The notes under the pieces: model-generated
Database searches by the model: none
Seen by the model: only the letters and a program-made list of their open reading frames with translations
Told to the model about the DNA's origin: nothing
Shown here: positions 42,702 to 52,318 of the stretch, piece by piece
Numbering within the stretch: position 1 is the stretch's first letter
Layout: each line of letters opens with the position of its first letter
Program-made: the position numbers and the translations under genes
NCBI GenBank assembly: GCA_965116925.1
Contig: OZ220744.1
Coordinates: forward strand, 1,344,001 to 1,408,000
Length of the DNA stretch: 64,000 bases
DNA from: Candidatus Poribacteria bacterium
GTDB lineage: Bacteria; Poribacteria; WGA-4E; PCPOR2b
Direction of reading: 5' to 3'

Positions 42702-43091
42702 TTGGAATGGCCAGACTTTTATCCAGCGAACTGTCCGCCTGTGGAAGCCGAGCCCGCCTCAGGTATAGTTTACCGCCTTGTGAACCACGATCCGCCACAA
42801 GAGGAGGATTTCAAAACACCCTTTGAAGAAAACCCAAAAAGATTTGATAACAAACCAGATATCAGAAACTGTGGACTCTCCATCCATACAAATCCACAAG
42901 ATAGCCAGCAACTCAAGAAGACGATGAAGATGGTCCCGAGATTCAAAAACAGCCAAATTGCTGAAGGTGAACTCAATCCAACGCTAGGATTGACTCAACA
43001 TACACCGTCATCAAAATATAGATCTCATCATTCTTGGTGGATACCCATTGGAGCAGCACCTTGGGTTGTTTTTAAGATAATAAGCGGATAA
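42702..43091 (+). CDS. Hypothetical protein, possible ART/RES-like fold
   Basis: TTG start with GGAAGGA RBS; CPP...VYR...DF...CGLS...TPS...HHSWW. Confidence 0.6.
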   Translation: MEWPDFYPANCPPVEAEPASGIVYRLVNHDPPQEEDFKTPFEENPKRFDNKPDIRNCGLSIHTNPQDSQQLKKTMKMVPRFKNSQIAEGELNPTLGLTQHTPSSKYRSHHSWWIPIGAAPWVVFKIISG

Positions 43092-43122
43092 AAAAGTAAA
43101 CAATAATTGAGAAAGGAGGTAA

Positions 43123-43739
43123 ATGATGGCTGATATACTCAATATTACAGGTTTAGGCAGACTTGAAATTGTAGAAACCTACGTATATTACGATCAGCCT
43201 GTCCTCTTCTCCTGCAAAAGCGCGGCAGGCCATCTTTACCTTGCTGTGGCTGCTGATAAAAACGACGAACATGAAACTTGGCTCTACGTTGGAGTTTCCG
43301 CTGAACGCCTCAATCTCATCCGATCTGGTACAATTGACCTCCACGACGCATTTGCTGAGCCTGAAGACAGCTTTTTACTCCAGGAAATAATTCCATACGA
43401 CGACCAAACCCAACCCCAGATGGAACCGATCCAGCCAGATCAGATCTCTGAGGATATGCTGCCAATACCGGGTGAATGTCTTGATCTTGAAATCGAAACA
43501 CTTCCAGTACTAAACAATTCAGAAGAAATAGCAAAACCACAAACCAAGAAATTTTGAACCTAACTCTCAACTTTGCTGAGGGCCCCAAAACAGAAGTACC
43601 TCTTGCCTTCCTAAGCAAAATTTTCGGAAAACTCCAAGACGTAATTAACACAATTGGAATGATTCATGCTAACTTAAATGAGCCGGGAATACACCGCAAC
43701 AATTCAAGAAATCACCCAAAGAAACGAAGCCACAAATGA
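43123..43739 (+). pseudogene. DUF6575-like protein, frameshifted near 43545 and truncated
   Basis: ETYVYYDQPVLFSC, WLYV.VS.ERL..IRSG.IDL.DAF; a protein-like frame continues as NQEILNLTLNF...LSKIFGKLQDVIN; AGGAGG RBS. Confidence 0.6.
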
Positions 43740-43826
43740 AATTACCAAGCCGAAATATCAACTGCTTAGCCTCAGATGATAATCGGTAGACTCAAGTAGG
43801 TTAGTTTGTCGAAAATGGTTCTTTTT

Positions 43827-43886
43827 GACAATGGTGCCACCAACATTCTAGATTTGGTCTTTGTCGCGCAACAGTTCAGCCAATAA
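43827..43886 (+). pseudogene. Dockerin-like C-terminal remnant 1
   Basis: Translates as DNGATNILDLVFVAQQFSQ*. Confidence 0.6.
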
Positions 43887-43961
43887 AATAACCCTTTTTT
43901 GCCTTTTCAACCCTGAAATCTGATATAATGGATGATTAAAACGTGAAAAAGGAGAGCTATC

Positions 43962-44186
43962 ATGGCAAAGCGAATAGATATCCAGCCTGACATCTGCAAT
44001 GGACGACCTGTTATTGCTGGAACGCGTATCCCCGTTCAAACCATCATGGAGTTTCTGGGCGCAGGTGATTCCATAGATGAAGTACTTGAAGCGTATCCTT
44101 CCCTTAAAAGGGAGGACGTTTATGCCTGTATTCAATTCGCTGCCAAATTAATGGCAAATCATTACCAGATTCAAAAAATTGCATGA
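43962..44186 (+). CDS. DUF433 antitoxin-like protein
   Basis: PDICNGRPVIAGTRIPV, YPSLKREDV. Confidence 0.92.
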   Translation: MAKRIDIQPDICNGRPVIAGTRIPVQTIMEFLGAGDSIDEVLEAYPSLKREDVYACIQFAAKLMANHYQIQKIA

Positions 44187-44524
44187 ACGGCTTTTTATTT
44201 GATGAAAACCTACCCGCTAACATCCGATTCGCGCCTACCTTCCCCGTGATCCATGTTTCGGTTTTGGGCGAAAGCCCAAGTGATACGCAAATTTGGGAAT
44301 ATGCGAAGCAAAACGGTTTAGCAATTGTTACCAAGGACGCTGATTTCTCGGATCGGCTTATGGTTGATGCTTCTCCGCCGAAGGTTGTCCATTTGCGTTT
44401 TGGAAATATGCGGCAGCACGTTTTCCAACTGTTTTTAGCCAGTGTTTGGTCGAATATTGAAGCATTGATAGTGGATCATAAGTTGATTGATGTATATCAG
44501 GATCGGATTGAGGCGATTAAGTAG
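44183..44524 (+). CDS. DUF5615 PIN-like toxin
   Basis: FLFDENLP, SDTQIWEYA, IVTKDADF, PPKVVHLRFGN; ATGA overlap with DUF433. Confidence 0.9.
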   Translation: MNGFLFDENLPANIRFAPTFPVIHVSVLGESPSDTQIWEYAKQNGLAIVTKDADFSDRLMVDASPPKVVHLRFGNMRQHVFQLFLASVWSNIEALIVDHKLIDVYQDRIEAIK

Positions 44525-44562
44525 ACAAGGTCCTGTTGACGTTTGATTGAAACAAAAACCAG

Positions 44563-44680
44563 CTAGTACACTGTCAGACAAATTATGATTGTCTATATGG
44601 ATTGAGACTCATAATACTTCGTAGGGGTCGGGTCACCCGACCCCCTTGTTGTATGCAAAACTTATATGACTGAGCACTAG
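44563..44680. mobile_element. CTAG-bounded MITE, copy 2
   Basis: Near-identical to 39648-39767 but with unrelated flanks. Confidence 0.8.
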
Positions 44681-44797
44681 TTCTCTGATCTTGATGACGA
44701 ATTTTACCTGAAAGCCAAAAACCCCGCCGATGTAAATAGCAATGGTACTGTCAACATCCTCGATTTGGTCTTTGTTGCCCAGCACTTCAGCCAATAA
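44681..44797 (+). pseudogene. Dockerin-like C-terminal remnant 2
   Basis: Translates as ...NPADVNSNGTVNILDLVFVAQHFSQ*; no start codon. Confidence 0.65.
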
Positions 44798-44824
44798 TAT
44801 CGGTACTCTCTTAGGCAAATTGAT

Positions 44825-46513
44825 TCATTGAATACCCTCTTGAATCGAATTTGCATAAGGAATCCGCAGTGCGTCCATAGCCCCCTGCGCCGCACGGATA
44901 CCCGAATAACACGCCTCCTCAAAAAGCGGCAGCCCCGTCACATCCGCATTTGCGAAGAAAATCCTCCCAAACGGACGCCCACGCAGCGCTCGATCCGGAT
45001 GCCAGATGAAATTCGGCGTTGGTCTTATCATCGCGTGACCCCACTTATAGAGATCCATTCGGGTGATATCCTTTTCAATGCCAGGGTGCATCTCCCAAAG
45101 GTCTCTCATGATTGCGTTCACCCAAAAATCGTGCCCCTTGTCTAACAATTCTCTCCGCTTAATATCCGGTTCACGATCAAAGGGAAGGTAATAGGTAAGC
45201 ACCGACGGACCCTCACCATCCGCTGCAGCCCGCGTCTGATGCTCCGCAACGATATAGCCCAACCCCTCACTCTCATACATAACATTATCCCAAGCAAGTG
45301 CGCTCTGTTTTGTCTGCGGTAGCCGTTTGAGGTGGACACTCGCGGTCAGCCACGGCGTATATTGGCACTCCTGAAAAGCGGTTTTCTGGTCAGCTGGGAG
45401 GTTCGGTATGATATAGTTGGCGATATGCTTCTGCCCGGCATAAATCGCTGTCTGCCCACGCAGCGTCGTGAACTGGCGGGTCTGGGTATCCATGAAGGTT
45501 ACTAGCACCTCATCCCCCTGCTGACGGACAGACAGGACGAGGGCATTCAAGCGGACGTTTGCCGAGGAGAAACGTTGTGCCATGCCGTTCACCAGAAAGG
45601 CGTTACCTTGGGACCATGTGACTGTATGGACTGGAAACCGATCTTGTAGTTGATCCGCATAATAACGGCAAGCGTAGTAGTGAATCCCTGCCCACGCCGA
45701 AACCTCATCAATCGGACAGGCGTAATCGTCGCGGCATCCGTAATTGACAAACCAATCCAACCGTTCCGAATCCCACCCCTTTTGGCGCATATATTCCTGC
45801 ATCGTGATCTTATCTAACGCACGCACCTCTGGATCCGCGCTACTATATTCTAACGGCAGCGTAAACGCACGGCGTTGGTCCGCGCCCCTATACAGCATCC
45901 ACCTAAGCATATCAGTCTCAAATTCTTCAAAAACTTGTTGATCTCCTTGAGTTCCGGTGGAAAAAGGATCGAGGTGCTCCACCCAACGGTCATCAATAAA
46001 CAGACGCTCCGCCGGTTCGCGCAGGATGTAATCAGGGTTCATGATGGGCCAACCGAGCGGCGTATAACCCACGACCACCTGAAGCTCCTCAAGCACTTCA
46101 AGGATACAATCCGCCTCCATCGGCGGTGTGTTGATGTAGTGCGCCCCCCAAGGGAATGCGCTACCATTCACCCCAACCTGACCTGAGATTGAGGTTCCAC
46201 CCAATTGGTCTCCCAGATCAAGAATAACAAAATCGGTGACACCGGATCTCGCCAACTTCCAGCCAGCACTGACCCCCGACACCCCACCGCCGATAATAAT
46301 TGCAGTGTATCGCTTGTCGTGTGGGGGTGGGATGAGCGCATCCGAAAGCGGTTGCCGAACCAGATGCCCGATCCCGCTCGGCTCACCGACCACTTCGCCC
46401 GGAATATCGAAAGTCGATGGCTTAGGGGTAGGGGACGAACATCTCGGCAAAAACGGCATCCCTAATCCGAGGAGACAGTATTGTAGGAAAAGACGACGGG
46501 GAATTGGACGCAT
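44825..46513 (-). CDS. FAD-dependent amine-oxidase-like oxidoreductase with a Tat-like signal
   Basis: RRLFL twin-arginine signal; GGGVSG, PWGAHY, CRDDY, SAWAGIHY, WGHAM, FEEA. Confidence 0.85.
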   Translation of the reverse strand: MRPIPRRLFLQYCLLGLGMPFLPRCSSPTPKPSTFDIPGEVVGEPSGIGHLVRQPLSDALIPPPHDKRYTAIIIGGGVSGVSAGWKLARSGVTDFVILDLGDQLGGTSISGQVGVNGSAFPWGAHYINTPPMEADCILEVLEELQVVVGYTPLGWPIMNPDYILREPAERLFIDDRWVEHLDPFSTGTQGDQQVFEEFETDMLRWMLYRGADQRRAFTLPLEYSSADPEVRALDKITMQEYMRQKGWDSERLDWFVNYGCRDDYACPIDEVSAWAGIHYYACRYYADQLQDRFPVHTVTWSQGNAFLVNGMAQRFSSANVRLNALVLSVRQQGDEVLVTFMDTQTRQFTTLRGQTAIYAGQKHIANYIIPNLPADQKTAFQECQYTPWLTASVHLKRLPQTKQSALAWDNVMYESEGLGYIVAEHQTRAAADGEGPSVLTYYLPFDREPDIKRRELLDKGHDFWVNAIMRDLWEMHPGIEKDITRMDLYKWGHAMIRPTPNFIWHPDRALRGRPFGRIFFANADVTGLPLFEEACYSGIRAAQGAMDALRIPYANSIQEGIQ

Positions 46514-46664
46514 GGTTTAAGTGAAACGTAATGCGTGAAACGTGAAAACAATTTTGGTTCATTCGTACATGAATGAACTAATGAGCCAATGAACTCTTGA
46601 ACTCAATATCTTCACCAACTCATGCCAAAGATTGCATAGAACTCCAAGAATCTGAGGCAAATTC

Positions 46665-48200
46665 CTAAAGTCCCCAAGATTCCCAACCCTCCCGGTGATA
46701 GAACAGCAGAATTGGCGTCAAAAGGGTATTGATTTGCGTTTCGACCTCATCAATATCTTTGTTAAAGACAAACAGGGGGGCGAGCGATTCGTCCGAAAGA
46801 AAGCGGGTTGGCACCGTTATCCTAACCTTCTGTGGATCAATCTGCCACTCACCAAAAAGATTGAACCCCCATTCGCCAAAACTTGGCACATTCACATGGT
46901 AAGGGGTTGCATACAACCCGGCAGATTCGATTGTCTGATGGATACACCAGAACGCATTGTGTGCAAAAAAGGGAGAACTGCTCTGCGTCACGGCGAGTCC
47001 GTCTTTGGCGAGGCGACGTTTGACGAGGTGATAGAATGTATCTGAGTAGAGCGACACAAGCGACTCATCGGTAGGATCAGGGAGGTCGATAATAATTAAA
47101 TTATAGCGTTGGTCGGTTGCTTGGAGGAATTGCTGTGCATCCTGATTAATTACCTTCACCTTCGGGTTGTGGAGTGCGTCTTGGTTGAGTCGGCGCAATG
47201 TGCTGTCTGTAGACGAAAGTTCCGTTATCATCGGGTCAAGGTCAACCACCGTGATGTCATCCACATCGTTGTATTTCAGGATCTCACGCGCTGCGAGGCC
47301 ATCGCCGCCGCCGAGGACAAGCACCTGTGTCCGTGAAGGAATCAAAGAAGCCGCCGGATGAATCAAGGCTTCATGATAGCGATACTCGTCCATCGCGCTG
47401 AACTGCAAGCGGCCGTTGATGTAGAGACGGACATCGTCCTTCCAGCGTGTGACGACAATACGTTGATACTTGGACGCCTTCGACAGGATAATCCGGTCGG
47501 CGTAAACACGCTGTTCAAGGTAGCGGCTCACCGGATTGCTAATCACTAGCGCGACAATCAGTCCCATTGTTACTAGCACAGCTGCTGCAACGGTCCGCTT
47601 GAAGTGCTGGATTTCGCGTCGAAACAGAATCAGGTTGCCAATCACCACAGCAAGATTGGCAAGCCCCATGACCAACGAAGTCTCAAAAATTCCCAACAGG
47701 GGCAACAGCAGCAGTGGGAACGCAAGAGAACCGATTAATCCGCCCAGATAATCAAAGGTGAGGGCATTTGCTAGCGCAATTCGTAGGGTCGTATATTCGC
47801 GGAAGATTCGAGTCAGCAGCGGAAGTTCCAAGCCAATCAGCGTCCCAATGAGAATAATTAATATCCACATGGTTGGGACATAGAAGAATTTGAAGCTGTA
47901 TGCTGCAAAAAGGATAGGGCAAGAAAAACCACCGATGCACCCAATTACCAGCTCAACCCGGATAAACGCTGTGATGAGTTGACGGGTGATATATTTCGAC
48001 AGATACGATCCGATCCCCATCGCTGTCATAAACAGCCCGATCGTAATCGAAAATTGATAGATGCTGTTGCCCAAGAGGTAGGAAGATAAACTCCCGATCC
48101 CAAGTTCATAAACAATCGCACAAATTGCAATAATTGAAACCGAGAGGAGAAGTATAACGCCGCGTGACTTGAGACGCCGATCGATATCGTTTGCATTCAT
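46665..48200 (-). CDS. speE: Membrane-anchored polyamine aminopropyltransferase (spermidine synthase-like)
   Basis: Multiple N-terminal TM helices; QF...DEYRYHEAL, LGGGDG, VDLD, IDLPDP, VPSFGEWGF. Confidence 0.88.
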   Translation of the reverse strand: MNANDIDRRLKSRGVILLLSVSIIAICAIVYELGIGSLSSYLLGNSIYQFSITIGLFMTAMGIGSYLSKYITRQLITAFIRVELVIGCIGGFSCPILFAAYSFKFFYVPTMWILIILIGTLIGLELPLLTRIFREYTTLRIALANALTFDYLGGLIGSLAFPLLLLPLLGIFETSLVMGLANLAVVIGNLILFRREIQHFKRTVAAAVLVTMGLIVALVISNPVSRYLEQRVYADRIILSKASKYQRIVVTRWKDDVRLYINGRLQFSAMDEYRYHEALIHPAASLIPSRTQVLVLGGGDGLAAREILKYNDVDDITVVDLDPMITELSSTDSTLRRLNQDALHNPKVKVINQDAQQFLQATDQRYNLIIIDLPDPTDESLVSLYSDTFYHLVKRRLAKDGLAVTQSSSPFFAHNAFWCIHQTIESAGLYATPYHVNVPSFGEWGFNLFGEWQIDPQKVRITVPTRFLSDESLAPLFVFNKDIDEVETQINTLLTPILLFYHREGWESWGL

Positions 48201-48248
48201 CTCAACCCAAAAGCCCTCGCCAAAATCCTAAGCAGCATCAAAGAAGTG

Positions 48249-49355
48249 CTACAAAGGTCCCGCCATCTTGTTTGAGTGTAAGAGCTTTCTTGCCTTCCAC
48301 TGCCGCCAAAAATTCACACCTGCGCTGAATAAGAAACCGACACCAATCATACCCAATGTAAACCCACCTATCGCGTATTTTGGAATCATCATACCGTAAG
48401 AACCTACCCCAATAGCGAGGGCTGCAATACCGAAATCACTAAAACACCGGTCTCGTGCGCGTTTGCGAATCCGCTGCAAATTCTTTGATCGCTCCTGTCT
48501 GACATATTTGTTCAGCAGTTCAGCGGAGATCTGCGTCGGATAAACCGGCGTCTCCCGGCCAACTGCATCGGGGTTCAAACGAGCGGGCACGACATCTCGA
48601 ACACACCGAAAACCGATATTGCTTGCGGTGTAATTGGGTGGGGCGTGCAGACGGTTGGCGCATCGGAAATATCGATTTGCGGTTTCGTCCCGAACCTCTA
48701 ACCATGAACCCCCTCGCAAAACCTTATGTTTTTCCCCATAGTCACCATCTTGATAGGAGTTCCCTTCATACGGTTGATACCAGTCAGCGGTCCATTCCCA
48801 CACATTTCCAGCGACCTCGTGCACGCCGTAAGGACTTATAGCAGCAGGACGATCTCCTACCGGTGTAGGTTGATCGGTGAGAAGGCTCGTCCCCTGATTC
48901 GCGGCAGCTTCAAATTCATTCCCCCAGGGGTAAATCCGACCATCAGCACCCCGCGCTGCTTTCTCCCATTCCGCTTCGGCGGGGAGCCGCGCTTGCGCCC
49001 ATTCCGCGTATGCCTTTGCATCATACCAACTGATGTGAACAATGGGTAAGGTCGCTTCGTCCGCAGGAGCTTCCCCATCTTCCCAGTGGGGTGGCGGTGT
49101 GTGTCCTGTTGCATTCACAAAAACTTCATATTCTGCGTTTGTGACCGGATAACGATCGATTCGGTAAGGTTCAAGAAACCGAACATGTATCGGTGCTTCG
49201 TCTAATTTGGCACATCGCGACTGCTCCAAAATTGTGCCGTAGAACGGTTCGATGTCGGTGCCCATAATGAACGCACTCGATGGAATAAGCACATCATCCC
49301 AATTTGGGGGAGCGTTTGAAACGACACCACTTTGGTCTATCGACGAAAATTCCAT
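48249..49355 (-). CDS. FGE/SUMF1-domain protein with C-terminal TM hairpin
   Basis: PVTNAEY, RLPAEAEWEKAARG, GNVWEW, RGGSW, GFRC. Confidence 0.88.
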   Translation of the reverse strand: MEFSSIDQSGVVSNAPPNWDDVLIPSSAFIMGTDIEPFYGTILEQSRCAKLDEAPIHVRFLEPYRIDRYPVTNAEYEVFVNATGHTPPPHWEDGEAPADEATLPIVHISWYDAKAYAEWAQARLPAEAEWEKAARGADGRIYPWGNEFEAAANQGTSLLTDQPTPVGDRPAAISPYGVHEVAGNVWEWTADWYQPYEGNSYQDGDYGEKHKVLRGGSWLEVRDETANRYFRCANRLHAPPNYTASNIGFRCVRDVVPARLNPDAVGRETPVYPTQISAELLNKYVRQERSKNLQRIRKRARDRCFSDFGIAALAIGVGSYGMMIPKYAIGGFTLGMIGVGFLFSAGVNFWRQWKARKLLHSNKMAGPL

Positions 49356-50128
49356 TCAGCGGACCCGTACTTTGTCTGTGCAAGCAATTCAGCGGTTTCT
49401 ATCTCTTGGGGAAGTAGTTCGGTTTCAACGAATTGAACCTTGAGCGTCTGCCCAAATCCAAGGGTAACTGCATCTTCAAGCCGCTTCCGATAAATCGGGA
49501 CAGATCGGTGCTGGTTGATTGCAGTGGACTGGCCCGCTGCTACCCGATCAAAGCCGACCTGTTTTGAAGCGAGAGCTAAAACATCTGAGGTGGGAAGATC
49601 GAGGGCGATGTAACCTTGATACATTACACCCACTTGATTACGACGCTGAGAAACGCCTGCAATCTTTTTTCCGTTCAGCAGGGTATCGTACTGGGCTGGA
49701 TTGGTAAGGCAAATATTGGGAGCGTCGTCTGCTATTGGCTTTGCGATCTGGTGTGCGACATCAATTCCTAACCGCTGCAATCCGTTAATCAGGCAGTCGC
49801 TGATCGCGCAGTATGCCGCCGAAATATCCTTCGACAGACCGCCGCAACCGTGAGGAACGATAATAGTATAGGTCACATCCCAACCATGCACCACGGTGCC
49901 GCCGCCAGTCATTCGCCGAACAAGTTCAATGCCATGAGTATCACACGCTGCGACATCTACCTCCTCTGCAACCTGCTGGAAGTAGCCGAAACTGAATGAT
50001 GGCTGCAGCCAGTCATAAAACCTCAATGTCGGTTGAAAACTAGCTTTCTGCGTCAAAAGCATCGCCTCATCGATTGCCATATTCATGGCGGCGTTATTCT
50101 GATCAGTGTTGATAAGCCTCCAAGTCAA
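49337..50128 (-). CDS. Lipoate--protein ligase/LipM-like octanoyltransferase
   Basis: NMAIDEA, PTLRFY, VRRMTGGG.V.H, GKKIAG..Q. Confidence 0.88.
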   Translation of the reverse strand: MTWRLINTDQNNAAMNMAIDEAMLLTQKASFQPTLRFYDWLQPSFSFGYFQQVAEEVDVAACDTHGIELVRRMTGGGTVVHGWDVTYTIIVPHGCGGLSKDISAAYCAISDCLINGLQRLGIDVAHQIAKPIADDAPNICLTNPAQYDTLLNGKKIAGVSQRRNQVGVMYQGYIALDLPTSDVLALASKQVGFDRVAAGQSTAINQHRSVPIYRKRLEDAVTLGFGQTLKVQFVETELLPQEIETAELLAQTKYGSAEWNFRR

Positions 50129-50261
50129 TGATACCCCCTACCTACCCTTTCCAGTTGGTTCATTTCCATAGATGTGAATTTGCACATTCGCAGCTTCTGC
50201 CCATAGTGATGTATACACGGCATCTGACAGATCTGCTTGAGGAGTTAGCAACAGTAGGGAA

Positions 50262-50675
50262 TCACACCGTAACCCCGCGCCACTCATCCTTTGCACACGT
50301 AATGTCAATCACGTTGCCATCCGGATCAGAGACCTTGAAAGATCGGGTCGGCGGTTTTTCCCAATCGATCAGATTGCGCTGTTTGACATCATCACGTAGA
50401 AGGTCAGCGCCACTGTCTAGAAGTTTTTTGTAGATATCCGCCAAGTCTTCCACAATGACCCCAATGTGCATAAACTCGGTGAGTTCCTCTAGCGGCTGAC
50501 GTTCTTCTCCATCGTATTGGAGGATTGTCATGTTGAGCGTCCCATCGGTGAGATCGATGCTGCTGCTACTGTCTGGACCACGATAGCCAACAAATTTGAA
50601 TCCAATCATCTCATAAAATCGGCGTGTCTCTTCCTTATCTTTAACTCGCAATGCGACATGTCTCAGAAATGCCAT
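50262..50675 (-). CDS. VOC/glyoxalase family protein
   Basis: LRHVAL, HIGV.VED, DPDGNVIDI; AGGAGG RBS favours start 50675. Confidence 0.85.
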   Translation of the reverse strand: MAFLRHVALRVKDKEETRRFYEMIGFKFVGYRGPDSSSSIDLTDGTLNMTILQYDGEERQPLEELTEFMHIGVIVEDLADIYKKLLDSGADLLRDDVKQRNLIDWEKPPTRSFKVSDPDGNVIDITCAKDEWRGVTV

Positions 50676-50860
50676 CTTGATATTCCTCCTAAAAATTACC
50701 CGTGTAGTAGCAGGCACACGCCGTGTGCCGTAACTTAAATTATTATAACCGAAATTCATAGACTTGCCAACAAAAAAGCGGTGCACTCTCCGCTTGACTT
50801 AGACCGCGAATCCGTGTTATAACTGCCGGTATACTACATCATCCTTTCAGGAGGTAAAAT

Positions 50861-51733
50861 ATGAGTTGGGATTTTGAACTGGTTGCAGGACCATTCGATT
50901 TCACGGAAGGACCCGCATGGGCTGGGGAAGCGGTACTATTCACCGATATTCCGAACAACCACATCATGCGTTATGATCCGAGCAGCGACGAATGCACAGA
51001 GTTTCGCACAGGAACAAACGAAGCAAATGGTCTGATGTTCGATAAGGCGGGACATCTATACGCCTGCGAAGGTGGAAGTGGAGGCAGGCGGATGGTGCGT
51101 TACAACGCGGATGGCACCACGGATGTGCTCGCGGATAGTTTTGAAGGTAAACGGCTCAACAGTCCGAATGACCTTGCTTTCGACGCACAGGGACGGATAT
51201 GGTTTACCGATCCACGTTACGGCGAGAAGTTCGACGATATGGAACTTGGACACGAATCTGTGTTCCGTCTAGATCCGCAGTCGGGTGGCGCGTGGGAAAT
51301 CAACCGAGTCACATACGACACAACGAAGCCGAATGGACTCCTGATTTCGCCGGATCAGAAGTGGCTCTATGTTGCCCAAAGCCACTATGGCGAGAACAAG
51401 CGGGAGTTACGCGGGTATCCAATCAACGACGATGGAACCGTTGGGGAATATGAGGTGCTGCACAACTTCTTTCCACATCGTGGGATTGATGGGATGTGTC
51501 TGGATACAGAGGGGAATATCGTCGCGACAGCGGGTTGGCAACAGAGCGGACCGGGCCCCATGATCTATGTTTTCGCACCGAACGGGCGTGTGCTGGAAAC
51601 CCATCCAATTCCGAGCGACCAACCGACAAATTGCACCTTCGGAGACGCAGATCTGCAAACGCTCTACGTGACCGCGGGGGGATGCCTCTATCGCACCCGG
51701 ACAGAGCGGAAGGGGTATCTGATTTATCCGTGA
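50861..51733 (+). CDS. SMP-30/gluconolactonase family protein
   Basis: TEGP, NSPND, FTDP, PNG, DGM, TNCTFG. Confidence 0.93.
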   Translation: MSWDFELVAGPFDFTEGPAWAGEAVLFTDIPNNHIMRYDPSSDECTEFRTGTNEANGLMFDKAGHLYACEGGSGGRRMVRYNADGTTDVLADSFEGKRLNSPNDLAFDAQGRIWFTDPRYGEKFDDMELGHESVFRLDPQSGGAWEINRVTYDTTKPNGLLISPDQKWLYVAQSHYGENKRELRGYPINDDGTVGEYEVLHNFFPHRGIDGMCLDTEGNIVATAGWQQSGPGPMIYVFAPNGRVLETHPIPSDQPTNCTFGDADLQTLYVTAGGCLYRTRTERKGYLIYP

Positions 51734-51753
51734 TGCGATTCGACAAAAGTAGT

Positions 51754-52317
51754 CTATGAAATGGCGCAAAGCCTCCGCTTCATGAAAACTGCTATCTCAC
51801 CTTCAGGATAATCATCGTTTGAGTAGAAGGAAATATCAACTCCTTCTACTCTGAAACCTAGCCTGCGATAGACATTGATAGCCGTGGGATTTGTATTCTG
51901 CGTCTCGCAAACGATTATCCGAAACCCTGCACGACTCGCTTTCGCTGCAACGCATTCCATCAATTGCCTACCGATACCCTGGTTGCGATATGTCTGGGCG
52001 ACATGAAACTCATGGACAGATAAGCTGCGATTCCATCGGTGTCCTTCGGCAATGGCAAGTCCGACAAGCATATCGCCATTGAATGCCCCAAACGAATAAC
52101 CGGTGTTGATGACCGCATTATATTGCTGGAGGATCTCATTGTCGTAATGAAATCTCTTGACATACGGCTTGTCGAGGGTAACAAGACACAGTTCAAATGA
52201 AACGCAATTTCCCGCTTCTGTGTGGCCGACTGCGTATTTGCTGTCAGAAGAGTAGCCGCTTGCAATCCGCCTCAAGTCAACGAGGTTTATTTGCGTCAAA
52301 GACCGGATCTCGACCAT
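51754..52317 (-). CDS. GNAT N-acetyltransferase, streptothricin acetyltransferase-like
   Basis: WNRSL, RNQGIGRQLM, ETQNTN.TAI.VYRRLGF..GVD..FY. Confidence 0.75.
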   Translation of the reverse strand: MVEIRSLTQINLVDLRRIASGYSSDSKYAVGHTEAGNCVSFELCLVTLDKPYVKRFHYDNEILQQYNAVINTGYSFGAFNGDMLVGLAIAEGHRWNRSLSVHEFHVAQTYRNQGIGRQLMECVAAKASRAGFRIIVCETQNTNPTAINVYRRLGFRVEGVDISFYSNDDYPEGEIAVFMKRRLCAIS

Positions 52318-52318
52318 C

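Noticed and set aside
44633..44818. 61-aa minus-strand ORF similar to the end of 43848-44135
   Set aside because: The similarity comes from the plus-strand dockerin remnants read in antisense
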